DNA of 26,346 bases from an uncultured bacterium (lineage in GTDB: Bacteria > Abyssobacteria > SURF-5): assembly GCA_964607485.1 (NCBI GenBank), contig CAZSKP010000054.1, forward strand, positions 1 through 26,346, read 5' to 3'. The position numbers were made by a program, and so were the translations under genes. Each line of letters starts with the position of its first letter. The stretch's first letter is position 1. Positions 16,053 to 24,577 of the stretch are shown one piece after another. The notes under the pieces were generated by a model, which saw only the letters and a program-made list of their open reading frames with translations, had not been told where the DNA came from and searched no databases.

Positions 16053-17441
16053 CTAGGCCTCGGTCGTCTTGAACAGGTGTTTCAGTATCTCCTGCGCCAG
16101 CTCCAGCGTTATTTCGTGACCCACCAGCGACGAATAAGCCAGCAGCTTCTTGAGCGCGCCTTCCAGTTCCCGAATGTTCGACGGAATCGACTTGGCCAGC
16201 AGCTCCAGCACATCGTCGGTCACGCTCGCCCCGGCGGCCTCGGTCCTCTGCCGGAGGATGGTGAGACGCGTCTGAAAATCCGGCTCCTCCAGACATGCCA
16301 CGACGCCGCCCTCGAACCGGGAGATGAGCCGCTGTTCGAGCCCTTCCAGTTTTTTCGGAGGAACGTCGCTGACAAGTATTATCTGTTTTTTCCTGTTATA
16401 AATGGCATTGAAAATATTGAAGAATTCCTCCTGGGCACGCGTCCTGCCCGAGAGGAACTGAATGTCATCGACTATCAACAGGTCCACGCCGTTGTAGCGT
16501 TCTCGAAACTCCTTCATTCGGTCGTGCTCGACTGCGTCGAGCATCTCGTCGATAAACCGGCTGGCGGGAGCGTAGACCGCTCCCATCTCGCCCTCACGGC
16601 GCACAACTTCGTTGCCAATTGCGTTGGAGAGATGGGTCTTGCCCAGGCCCGTATTGCCGTATATGAAGAAGGGGTTGTATTCGGACCCCGGAGATTCGGC
16701 GATCGACCTTGCAAGCGCATAGGTGAACGAGTTGGCTTCGGCCACTACAAAGTTGTCAAACCCAAACCGTTCTATGAGGCCGTCCTCGGGTGGCGTCTTC
16801 TGTTTTTCGGGCGGCGCCTTCTTCCGAGGTTTCTCGGGTTTCTCCTGCTTCTCCTGTTTCTTCGAGGGCGGCCCACCGGCCGGTTTCTCCTGCTCTGCAG
16901 CGGGCTCCTCGAGCTCCTCGGAGATTTCCAAGTGTGCCTGTGTGACTTTCCTTTCTTTTGAACCGTATATCTTTGCGTAGAGGTCCTTGAAGTCGGCCCA
17001 TGAACAGAGGATCGGCTTTATCCGAAGCTTCACCGTCTGCTTGACCTTCTCCAGAGCCTCGACATCGAGCGGGTTGACCATGGCGACGGTAAGAAGTGTC
17101 CCCAGCTTGTCAATCGGAAGGAGCTTGTACTCGTAACAGACCTCGGCCGGGATCAATTCCGCGACCTCGGAGCTTACCTGCAGATTGGACAGTTTCAGAT
17201 GAGGAATGCGGCACTGCCGAACGAGGAAGCCAATGAGTTCGTCCTCGGTGACGTATTTCAAGCGTACCAGGACTTCGCCCAGAAACAGACCGCTTGACTG
17301 CTTCTCCCGAAGCGCCTCCTCGAGTTGCGGGCGGGTAATGACATCTTCACGAATCAGCAGTTCGCCGAGCTTCTTGTTTGCTCCCTTCATGTCTCTTGCA
17401 CATCTTTCTGGAGAGGATTGGTTTACAGATATCCCATCCAT
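16053..17441 (-). CDS. Fusion of a PilB/GspE-type N-terminal (MshEN-like + N1) domain with a DnaA domain III AAA+ module; no DnaA domain I or IV
   Basis: aa ~23-160 resemble the PilB N-terminus (KLGELLI..., LTVAMVNPLD). aa 161-220 form an E/K/P linker. aa 221-462 contain FDNFVV, YNPFFIYGNTGLGKTHL, LLIVDDIQFL, QEEFFNIFN, RLISRF and NIRELEGAL, and the protein stops just after the AAA+ lid. An alternative start at 17390 is possible. Confidence 0.88.
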   Translation of the reverse strand: MDGISVNQSSPERCARDMKGANKKLGELLIREDVITRPQLEEALREKQSSGLFLGEVLVRLKYVTEDELIGFLVRQCRIPHLKLSNLQVSSEVAELIPAEVCYEYKLLPIDKLGTLLTVAMVNPLDVEALEKVKQTVKLRIKPILCSWADFKDLYAKIYGSKERKVTQAHLEISEELEEPAAEQEKPAGGPPSKKQEKQEKPEKPRKKAPPEKQKTPPEDGLIERFGFDNFVVAEANSFTYALARSIAESPGSEYNPFFIYGNTGLGKTHLSNAIGNEVVRREGEMGAVYAPASRFIDEMLDAVEHDRMKEFRERYNGVDLLIVDDIQFLSGRTRAQEEFFNIFNAIYNRKKQIILVSDVPPKKLEGLEQRLISRFEGGVVACLEEPDFQTRLTILRQRTEAAGASVTDDVLELLAKSIPSNIRELEGALKKLLAYSSLVGHEITLELAQEILKHLFKTTEA

Positions 17442-17492
17442 CCTCTCCCTTCATCGTCGAATGGGATTCGCTTTCACCCAGTCCGTCCCCGT

Positions 17493-17521
17493 TTGACTTA
17501 AGTTAGTGATTCCGATATAAT
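17493..17521 (+). promoter_or_regulatory. Sigma70-type promoter for the hybrid kinase
   Basis: TTGACT (17493-17498), a 17-bp spacer and TATAAT (17516-17521), 60 nt upstream of ATG 17582. Confidence 0.85.
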
Positions 17522-17581
17522 TACATCAGATGTTCGATTAGATCGAATACAGCGCTCCGGCTTCGGAGCCGGTGCTCAAAA

Positions 17582-19579
17582 ATGAAGCATTCTTTCGTCA
17601 AAATTGTCCCGTCACGCCTGATGGTCGTCGGGCTCGGCACGACGTTGTTCGTGCTGTGTATCACGGCCATCACAATGCTTTTCCCCGGCCTGATAGGCCG
17701 AGAGAGACTCGCCGACAGGCTTGTAAGCGGCCTGCAGTCGGTGGCTCCCCTCGAATCGGGCGATATCACAGAGCAAAACCTCGACCACACACTGTTTGCC
17801 ATATTTCAATCCAATAAAGCGAGCAGAAACATCTCGTACCTGCGCTTCGTAGACCTCAACGACGGCACGATCTTCACTTTCGACGAAAAAGGAACTCGCA
17901 AACCCTTCGGCCGGGCAGAACCGGACATATGGGCAGACCTCATGAACAACCAGAGGGCCATCAACATCGATAGCGGCAAATTCGAGATCTTTCGTGTCGT
18001 CTCTCCTAAACTGCCCATTGCGATAAATCTCGGCATAGAGCCCGAGGTTGCCTATGAGATTGAATCACAGCGACGTCTTTCCGCCATTGTGGGAAGCATA
18101 ATCCTTGCCACTGGGATAGGAATCCTGATAATGATATGGCAGACGCGACAGATAGAAGAGGCAAAAGGCGAGTTGGAGCTTGTTTTAGCGAACACCGCGG
18201 AACCCATCCTCATGGTTGACAATTATTGTCGTTTGGTGTTCGCAAACGGACCGGCCCGTGCGCTTTTAGGACAGCCGAAGGCGAAGACTTTCAAGAATCG
18301 TCCTCTGCTCCCCCTCATCAAGAATTCGGACAATCGCGAATTCTTCGCAAAAATGCTTGGCGACGAGCAATCCGACCTCAACGAACTCGAGACGACGTTC
18401 CCCGGCTACTCCGACAAGGTGACATTCCGGGCGGGTGTGCTGGATGTGAAGACCGAGGTCGGGCGACCTTTGGGCAAGCTGCTTGTGCTCAGGGACATGA
18501 CTCTGGAAAAGAGACTGGAAGACAAAAAAGTTTCACAGACCATACACGAACTGAAAGGGATGCTGGGCGAGGTGAAAGGATTCATCCGCCAGGTGCTCGA
18601 GAGCATAGACGGAGAATCGCAGCGAGAGCAGCGGGCGTTCCTGAACATATGCCTCGAAAAACTCGAACGATGCTACGACACGGTGGCCGCGATGGTCAGG
18701 TCGATCGTGAGCGCGTTCAAGCCCCAATCGTTCGAACTCAGGCTGCGCCACTCGGATTTGACCGAAATACTCAAATTCAACGTGGCCGACTTCGGCTCAT
18801 CGCTCGAAAAAGAGAAGGCCGAAGGGTGCAGGCTGGAACTGAGCCTGCCCGAAAAACTGCCCACCGTGTGCTGCGACCCGAACGCCATCTCGCGCGTCAT
18901 CGCAAACTTGCTCCTGAACGCCACGCAGCACTGTCCCCGAGGAACCATCGTGGTCGCGGCGAAGGAGAAGGACGAAATAGTGCAGGTCTCGGTGAGCGAC
19001 ACAGGGAGCGGAATACCGAGTGAGAACCTGGAAAATATCTTCGAACCCCACGTGAGCTACAGGAACGAAGGCTCCGGATTGGGCCTCTCGATATGTCGCG
19101 ACTTCATAAAGGCGCACGGTGGAGAAATGTGGGCGGAGTCCGGTGGCAAAGGAAAGGGCAGCGTCTTCCACTTCACGCTTCCCAAATCGAGACCCGTCAT
19201 CCTGTCTTCCGACCCGACGCTCACAAGCAGATTGGAGTCGGGATGCAAGAGCAACGGATATCACCCGGTCGTGTTGCGGGATTTCCTGGCGGCCACACGG
19301 AGGGTGGCCGAGATAAACCCGAACGCCATATTCCTCGACCTCGACATGCAGGATACCATTTCCGGAACATCGCTCGCATACCGTCTGAAGAAGACGGGCG
19401 ACACGGCGAAAATCCCGATAATAGCGTTCGCATCAAACGTATCGGACGCCCAATCCGAACTCAGCAGATACGAGGGAATCACACTGGAGACATGCCTGCA
19501 GAAGGAGTTCTCTGAAGAGGAGCTGTGGTCGGCCATGGGAACCGTCGAGGCTTACTGGTATCTGGCGCAAAGTGTCTGA
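17582..19579 (+). CDS. Hybrid sensor histidine kinase (TM-extracytoplasmic-TM-PAS-HisKA-HATPase-REC)
   Basis: Two TM segments and a PAS domain (FANGPA...RDMT). H-box IHELKGML, NLLLNA, DTGSG, GSGLGL and GSVFHFTLP, then a C-terminal receiver (IFLDLDM, IPIIAF). Confidence 0.9.
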   Translation: MKHSFVKIVPSRLMVVGLGTTLFVLCITAITMLFPGLIGRERLADRLVSGLQSVAPLESGDITEQNLDHTLFAIFQSNKASRNISYLRFVDLNDGTIFTFDEKGTRKPFGRAEPDIWADLMNNQRAINIDSGKFEIFRVVSPKLPIAINLGIEPEVAYEIESQRRLSAIVGSIILATGIGILIMIWQTRQIEEAKGELELVLANTAEPILMVDNYCRLVFANGPARALLGQPKAKTFKNRPLLPLIKNSDNREFFAKMLGDEQSDLNELETTFPGYSDKVTFRAGVLDVKTEVGRPLGKLLVLRDMTLEKRLEDKKVSQTIHELKGMLGEVKGFIRQVLESIDGESQREQRAFLNICLEKLERCYDTVAAMVRSIVSAFKPQSFELRLRHSDLTEILKFNVADFGSSLEKEKAEGCRLELSLPEKLPTVCCDPNAISRVIANLLLNATQHCPRGTIVVAAKEKDEIVQVSVSDTGSGIPSENLENIFEPHVSYRNEGSGLGLSICRDFIKAHGGEMWAESGGKGKGSVFHFTLPKSRPVILSSDPTLTSRLESGCKSNGYHPVVLRDFLAATRRVAEINPNAIFLDLDMQDTISGTSLAYRLKKTGDTAKIPIIAFASNVSDAQSELSRYEGITLETCLQKEFSEEELWSAMGTVEAYWYLAQSV

Positions 19580-19673
19580 GAGGCGAGGCAGCTTTCGAGG
19601 AACCCCCGGTCATATGTCCGAACACGGGCCACGTTTAGCGAACCGCCTCACCATCCGAGGAGGCAATTGAAAA

Positions 19674-21035
19674 TTGTCCGTCAAGGGAAGCAAGATACTC
19701 ATCATAGACGATGAATTGGATACGGTCCAAAGCATCGTGAGCTTTCTGAAAGAGGAGGGCTTCGAGGTCACGGTGGCATACGACCGCCTCGAGGCCACGC
19801 GCCTGCTGAAAAAGACGGATTACGACATCGTCTTCCTGGACTGGGTGCTGGAAAGAGAGATAGGACTCGAGGTGCTGAACGCGCTGCACAGGGAATTCCC
19901 CGCACTCGACATCGTCGTGCTGAGCGAGGGCGCTTCGCTCGAAATGGCGGTCCAGGCAATCAGCCATGGGGCGTACGACATAATAAAAAAAGCGCGCGAA
20001 GACGGAACCAACCGGTGGAAAGTCCCCCCGCGCCTGCCCATCGTTCTCCACAACCTGCTTGCTCGCAGGCAGGAGCGCGAACTCGTGACACAGCAGATGG
20101 ACGAGAAGTACTACATGATCGGCGAGAGCGAGGCCATGCAGAAGCTGAGGGAGGAGATAAGGCTCATCGGCCCGAGCGACTACACCGTGCTCATCTGCGG
20201 AGAGAGCGGCACCGGAAAGGAACTCGTCGCGCACAACATCCATCGCAACAGCCCCCGCCGCGATGCTCCGTTCGTTCCGGTCAACTGCAGCGCCCTTACG
20301 TCCACCCTGCTCGAATCGGAACTCTTCGGAATAGAGAAGCATGTGGCCACCCAGGTGGACCAGCGCAAGGGCAAATTCGAACTCGCCCACGACGGCACGC
20401 TCTTTCTGGACGAAATCGGCGACCTCAGCTACGAGGCGCAGGCGAAACTGCTGAGAGTGCTCGAGGACAAGACAATTACGCGCGTGGGCGGACAGAAGGA
20501 GATAAAGGTAGATGTGCGGGTGATCGCAGCCACAAACCGCGACATGGACGCCATGATAAGAAACGAGAGCTTCAGGGAAGACCTGAGGTATCGTCTCTCG
20601 TACAGAATAAACTGTCCTCCTCTGAGAGAACACAAGCAGGACGTCAAGCCGCTGGCGGAATATCTGCTCGGACAAGCGTGCCGAGAACTTCACAAAAAAC
20701 CCATCTCCATCGACGCCGAGGCGCTCGACCTGCTCACGTCGTACTCCTGGCCGGGCAACGTACGCCAGCTCAAGAATGTCCTCCAGTGGGCGGCCGTGAG
20801 AGTGGAGCGTGTCATCGGCGCCGACCTCCTCCGAACAAATGAGGACTTGCGCGCAGCGGCTGTGACGCCTGAGGACTATGCGCAGATGAGCTTCAAGGAT
20901 GCCCTGCGCTCTTTCGAGCGCGACTTGATATCGCGCACGCTGAGCGAAAGTTCCTCGCATCGCGAGGCGGCCCAGAAACTGGGAATGGACGAGGGCAATT
21001 TCTCAAAGAAGCTTAAGGAACTCCGCCTGCGATGA
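19674..21035 (+). CDS. NtrC-family REC-AAA+-HTH regulator with an atypical GAFTGA loop
   Basis: TTG start with GGAGG SD. IIDDE/FLD receiver, GESGTGKE, ESELFGIEKHVATQV, FLDEIGD, WPGNVRQL and a C-terminal HTH. Confidence 0.9.
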   Translation: MSVKGSKILIIDDELDTVQSIVSFLKEEGFEVTVAYDRLEATRLLKKTDYDIVFLDWVLEREIGLEVLNALHREFPALDIVVLSEGASLEMAVQAISHGAYDIIKKAREDGTNRWKVPPRLPIVLHNLLARRQERELVTQQMDEKYYMIGESEAMQKLREEIRLIGPSDYTVLICGESGTGKELVAHNIHRNSPRRDAPFVPVNCSALTSTLLESELFGIEKHVATQVDQRKGKFELAHDGTLFLDEIGDLSYEAQAKLLRVLEDKTITRVGGQKEIKVDVRVIAATNRDMDAMIRNESFREDLRYRLSYRINCPPLREHKQDVKPLAEYLLGQACRELHKKPISIDAEALDLLTSYSWPGNVRQLKNVLQWAAVRVERVIGADLLRTNEDLRAAAVTPEDYAQMSFKDALRSFERDLISRTLSESSSHREAAQKLGMDEGNFSKKLKELRLR

Positions 21036-21326
21036 GCACCGGACCCGCCGCATGAGACAAGGCTATCCCGCGTTGAATCGCGCCTAGTGTTAGGCCTTCC
21101 CGTTGACCTGAAGCGCCTGAACCGAGCTTGTAGTAAGCACAAATTGTTTTGTTGAGCCCACAAAGAAACCGGCCCGATTTCGTTGAACGGTCGTTAAGCA
21201 AACCGCCCATTCCTTCTCCGCGCCGCCCTACCGAGAGATAGCTAAGCTAATGATAAATCATATCTTATGAATTTTGCACATTTCTCGCCGGACGGATATC
21301 GCCCATGGCTCCCATTGTATCGATTT

Positions 21327-21343
21327 TTGGCACAACCCTTGCA
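21327..21343 (+). promoter_or_regulatory. Sigma54 -24/-12 promoter for the receiver/Ser-Thr kinase pair
   Basis: TTGGCACAACCCTTGCA, near consensus, 40 nt upstream of ATG 21383 and preceded by an AT-rich tract. Confidence 0.88.
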
Positions 21344-21382
21344 AAAAGGAGTGAACGGAGGGTACTACGTTTGGGAGGAGAA

Positions 21383-21784
21383 ATGGCACAGGCAGAACCG
21401 CTTCGAAACGGCATCAGCGAAAACAGCGTCCTGATTATCGATGATGAAATCGAATCGTTGAGGGGAATCGTCGACTTCTTCAAGAAGAGCAAATGGAGCG
21501 TCGCAACCGCGATTGACGAGAGAGAAGCGATTCTTGAGTTTGAGCGCGTGAATCCGTGCCTCGTGCTTCTCGACTTGGTGCTCGAGAGGGAGAGCGGCTT
21601 CGAAGTGCTCAGCCGAATTCGACAGCTCAATCCCGAGAGTAAAGTCATCATAATCAGCAAGTATTTTGACTACGAACTAATCAAGCAGGCGATGAAAGCC
21701 GGCGCCATAGGCTTTGTGCAAAAGTCCGAGACGGACGTGCTCCCGTCGGGCTTTACCAGCCTCTTGAGGGGCGCAATAGCCTGA
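21383..21784 (+). CDS. Single-domain response regulator (133 aa)
   Basis: VLIIDDE, VLLDLVL, IIIS and GFVQK. Start set at ATG 21383 (SD GGAGGAG at 21374-21380); the longer ORF-track start would run through the sigma54 promoter. Confidence 0.9.
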   Translation: MAQAEPLRNGISENSVLIIDDEIESLRGIVDFFKKSKWSVATAIDEREAILEFERVNPCLVLLDLVLERESGFEVLSRIRQLNPESKVIIISKYFDYELIKQAMKAGAIGFVQKSETDVLPSGFTSLLRGAIA

Positions 21785-21851
21785 CGGCGACGTGCGGTGA
21801 CGCAAGAATCCGGCTCTGTTTCGGCTCAGCGTCAGCTAGGCAAAGGAAGGC

Positions 21852-22853
21852 ATGCTAAGAAGCAAACACTCAGAAGCGTTCGGCGAAGACAGCTTCGAAG
21901 GGGTCTATCGCCGCATCCTCAGAAAGCACGGCTACCAATTTCTGCAGGTAATCGGAAAAGGCGGCATGTCTCGCGTTGACGAGGTGCGCCACCTTCTCAC
22001 GGGAAAACTGAGAGCGATAAAACATCTCGGCCCCAATCCTCCCGCAGAGAAAGCGGAGAGGTTCAAGAGGATACTCAGGCGCGAGACAGAATACTCTTTC
22101 AACCATCCCAACGTGATGAAGGGCGTGGATTATTTCGAAGACGGAGGCAACGTCTTCTACGTGATGCCCCGCATGCAGCACAACCTGGAGCACCTGTTGC
22201 TCGACGACAAGAAATACGACATCATGTTCCTGCTCGACATCGTCATCCAGGTCGTGGCGGGACTGAATTATCTCCACCAGAACCACATCATCCATCGCGA
22301 CCTCAAGCCGTCGAACATACTGTACAATCTCAACGGCAACGGCGCCGAAGTTGTGATATGCGACTTCGGCCTGAGTCAGGACAAGATTGCCAAGTTCAAG
22401 ACCGACATGTCCCGATTCCTGGGCGGCGGGCGTCGGGCGGGCACGATGAGTTACGCGGCTCCCGAGCAAATGCGCAAGGACGGCAGATACGACAAGAGGT
22501 GCGACATCTATTCGCTCGGGCGCGTAATCGACGAACTCGTGGGCAAGAAGGCGAAGTACAGGAAGGAATTCATAAACACGTTCCAGCAGGACCGGCTGAT
22601 CGATGGCCTGTCGAGAAAAATCTATCTTTACAAGAAAGACCGACCAGCCGTGCTCGAAGGCGAAAACCGCAAGCATCTCCCCTACTCTCTGACGAGCGTG
22701 GTGCTGAGATGCCTGCAAAAGCGTCCGGAAAAAAGACCGTCCGACATCGCTCAGATATTCTATGAACTGACGAAGATTCAGCAGGAATGCCGGATGGCCA
22801 ACGGGATGGACTCTCTCCAGAAGGAGGTGCTGACCTACCGCGCCCGGGAGTGA
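21852..22853 (+). CDS. Soluble Hanks-type Ser/Thr protein kinase
   Basis: [34 protein letters not shown] and DIYSLG. No TM segment or obvious sensor domain. Confidence 0.93.
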   Translation: MLRSKHSEAFGEDSFEGVYRRILRKHGYQFLQVIGKGGMSRVDEVRHLLTGKLRAIKHLGPNPPAEKAERFKRILRRETEYSFNHPNVMKGVDYFEDGGNVFYVMPRMQHNLEHLLLDDKKYDIMFLLDIVIQVVAGLNYLHQNHIIHRDLKPSNILYNLNGNGAEVVICDFGLSQDKIAKFKTDMSRFLGGGRRAGTMSYAAPEQMRKDGRYDKRCDIYSLGRVIDELVGKKAKYRKEFINTFQQDRLIDGLSRKIYLYKKDRPAVLEGENRKHLPYSLTSVVLRCLQKRPEKRPSDIAQIFYELTKIQQECRMANGMDSLQKEVLTYRARE

Positions 22854-22875
22854 GACCTTGCTTCAGAATAAGCAT

Positions 22876-22909
22876 GAGCGGCCAGAGCGAGGGCCGCTCT
22901 TTTCATTTT
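22876..22909 (+). terminator. Intrinsic terminator after the kinase
   Basis: GAGCGGCC / GGCCGCTC 8-bp stem with an 8-nt loop, followed by TTTTCATTTT, between convergent genes. Confidence 0.75.
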
Positions 22910-22964
22910 GCGCTGTGCCGACGGGCTTCCACCTTCTCCCGGGACTGTTTCCCTTTCGGCCCGT

Positions 22965-24140
22965 TCAGCCGGAATCCAGCTCTCTCGCAAGAGCGGCCAG
23001 GTAGCGGACCGCGTCCGTGAGGTTCTGCGGGTCGATATTCTCGATGCGGTCGGTCGGCTGATGCCAGTAAGGAATCTCCTCGCTGCCTTCGGGAAAAGCC
23101 ATGAGCGTGATTCCTCTCAATCCTTTCCGCGCAACCACGGCGGTCTCCGTATAGCCCGTCTTCAGGGGCATCGCCAGAATCCCCTCATCGCCGACGGCTG
23201 TTGCCGTGTCCGCCGCCGCTCGTACCAAGCCCGCGTTGCTGTAATACTTTTTCAGCATGCCCTCGTATGTAATGTACCTGAGCTGCCCGACGCCCAGACA
23301 TTCGAGGTTGACGAAGTATGCGTCCTCCAGCTCATCGCCGTGCTTGTCCAGAAAAGCCCTCATCCCGGTGAGAGCCGCCTCCTCACAACCCGTGCACAAC
23401 GCCCAGAACTCCGTCTGCTCGAGCGGGTCCCGCACGAGAAGCTCCGCCAGACTCAACACGACCGCCGCCGCCGTGGCATTGTCGTTTGCGCCCTCCGTGA
23501 AAGGGGAAAACAGGTCGCCGTGCAGCATCGCCGCCAGCATCGCGACAATGGGAACATCGAGCGCCAACGATACGGCGAGCGCAGCCCCGTGGAATCCCGT
23601 GGCCGCGCCCGAGAAGAACGCCGCCGCCTTCAGGACGACGCAGGCGACCCCCAGCATGAGCAGCCGGGACAGATGCCCGACGAGGCGCGGGTGAAACAGT
23701 ATGGGGGTGCGGTTTGTGTCGAGATGGCCGATGGCCACGAGTTTCTTCCGCACTTCCTTCTTCGGCGGAACTCTGCCGTGCACGTTCTGAGAGACTCTCT
23801 TCGGCAGAAAGTTGCTCAGCGAAAGCTTCCAGAAACTCATCTCGGCGACCATTATGTACAGTGTGGCAAGGCACAGCAGGACTGCCCAGCCCCAGAGCTT
23901 CCCTCCGGTCCAGTAGTAGAGGCCCGTCGAGGCCAGCGCCAGGCCCAGCGCGATCTCGAGCGCCCACCACAGCGAAGGCACGCTCCGAAACGTTTCGACC
24001 GAAACCTGCCGCGCGCCCATTTCTTCAAGCTTTGTGGCCGCATAGGCCGCCGCGCGCGCTTCGGCCTCTGTCGTTGGCCCGCGCGGGCCTATCTCGGCAC
24101 AGAACACCTTTACATGTTCGATCGGCTCTACTGATAACAC
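22965..24140 (-). CDS. M28-family zinc peptidase with inserted TM hairpins
   Basis: GHLDT, GANDNATA, GCEE, VNLECLG and YWHQPTD metal-ligand motifs; two hydrophobic hairpins interrupt the domain; GTG start. Confidence 0.85.
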   Translation of the reverse strand: MLSVEPIEHVKVFCAEIGPRGPTTEAEARAAAYAATKLEEMGARQVSVETFRSVPSLWWALEIALGLALASTGLYYWTGGKLWGWAVLLCLATLYIMVAEMSFWKLSLSNFLPKRVSQNVHGRVPPKKEVRKKLVAIGHLDTNRTPILFHPRLVGHLSRLLMLGVACVVLKAAAFFSGAATGFHGAALAVSLALDVPIVAMLAAMLHGDLFSPFTEGANDNATAAAVVLSLAELLVRDPLEQTEFWALCTGCEEAALTGMRAFLDKHGDELEDAYFVNLECLGVGQLRYITYEGMLKKYYSNAGLVRAAADTATAVGDEGILAMPLKTGYTETAVVARKGLRGITLMAFPEGSEEIPYWHQPTDRIENIDPQNLTDAVRYLAALARELDSG

Positions 24141-24163
24141 GCGCCTGCGCCCTCCATGGTCGC

Positions 24164-24559
24164 TCAGTCGTGCTCGCAGATCTCAAGGAGCACGCCCATG
24201 GTGCTTTTCGGATGGAAAAAAGCGATCCTCGCGCCGCCCGCTCCCGGCCTCGGCTTCTCGTCAATCACTCGAAGCCCTTTGGCTTTCAATTCTTCAAGGG
24301 ACTTCTCCACGTCGTTGACGCGAAGGGCGATGTGTTGAACCCCGACTCCCCGCTTCTCGATAAACTTGGCGAGCGCGCCCTCTGGGTCGGTTGGCTGCAA
24401 GAGCTCGAACTCGGTATCGCCGATGGGAACGAACGCGATCTTCATGCCTTCGAACTCCTCGACGTGTTCCACCTTCAGGCCGAGGGTATCGCGATAAAGC
24501 TTGAGCGCCTCTTCGAGGTCGGAAACCGCAATCCCGATGTGGTCGATCTTCTCTATCAT
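24164..24559 (-). CDS. mce: Methylmalonyl-CoA epimerase (VOC fold)
   Basis: IDHIGIAV, FELLQP, GVQHIALRV and AFFHPKSTMGVLLEICE. Confidence 0.9.
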   Translation of the reverse strand: MIEKIDHIGIAVSDLEEALKLYRDTLGLKVEHVEEFEGMKIAFVPIGDTEFELLQPTDPEGALAKFIEKRGVGVQHIALRVNDVEKSLEELKAKGLRVIDEKPRPGAGGARIAFFHPKSTMGVLLEICEHD

Positions 24560-24577
24560 TCTCGACTTCTCTCCTTC

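Noticed and set aside
16053-17581. Canonical dnaA with an adjacent oriC
   Set aside because: The protein lacks domains I and IV, there are no dnaN/recF/gyrB neighbours, and I saw no TTATCCACA boxes in the flanks.
19625-19641. GG-N10-GC spacing upstream of the NtrC-like gene (CGGGCCACGTTTAGC)
   Set aside because: Lacks the TGGCA and TTGC context; likely chance in GC-rich DNA.
21243-21255. IHF-like site (TATCATTAGCTTA, minus strand) upstream of the 21327 promoter
   Set aside because: One mismatch in the core and farther from the promoter than usual; cannot be separated from general AT richness.
21305-21382. Longer start for the receiver gene
   Set aside because: Would include the sigma54 promoter; ATG 21383 has a strong SD.
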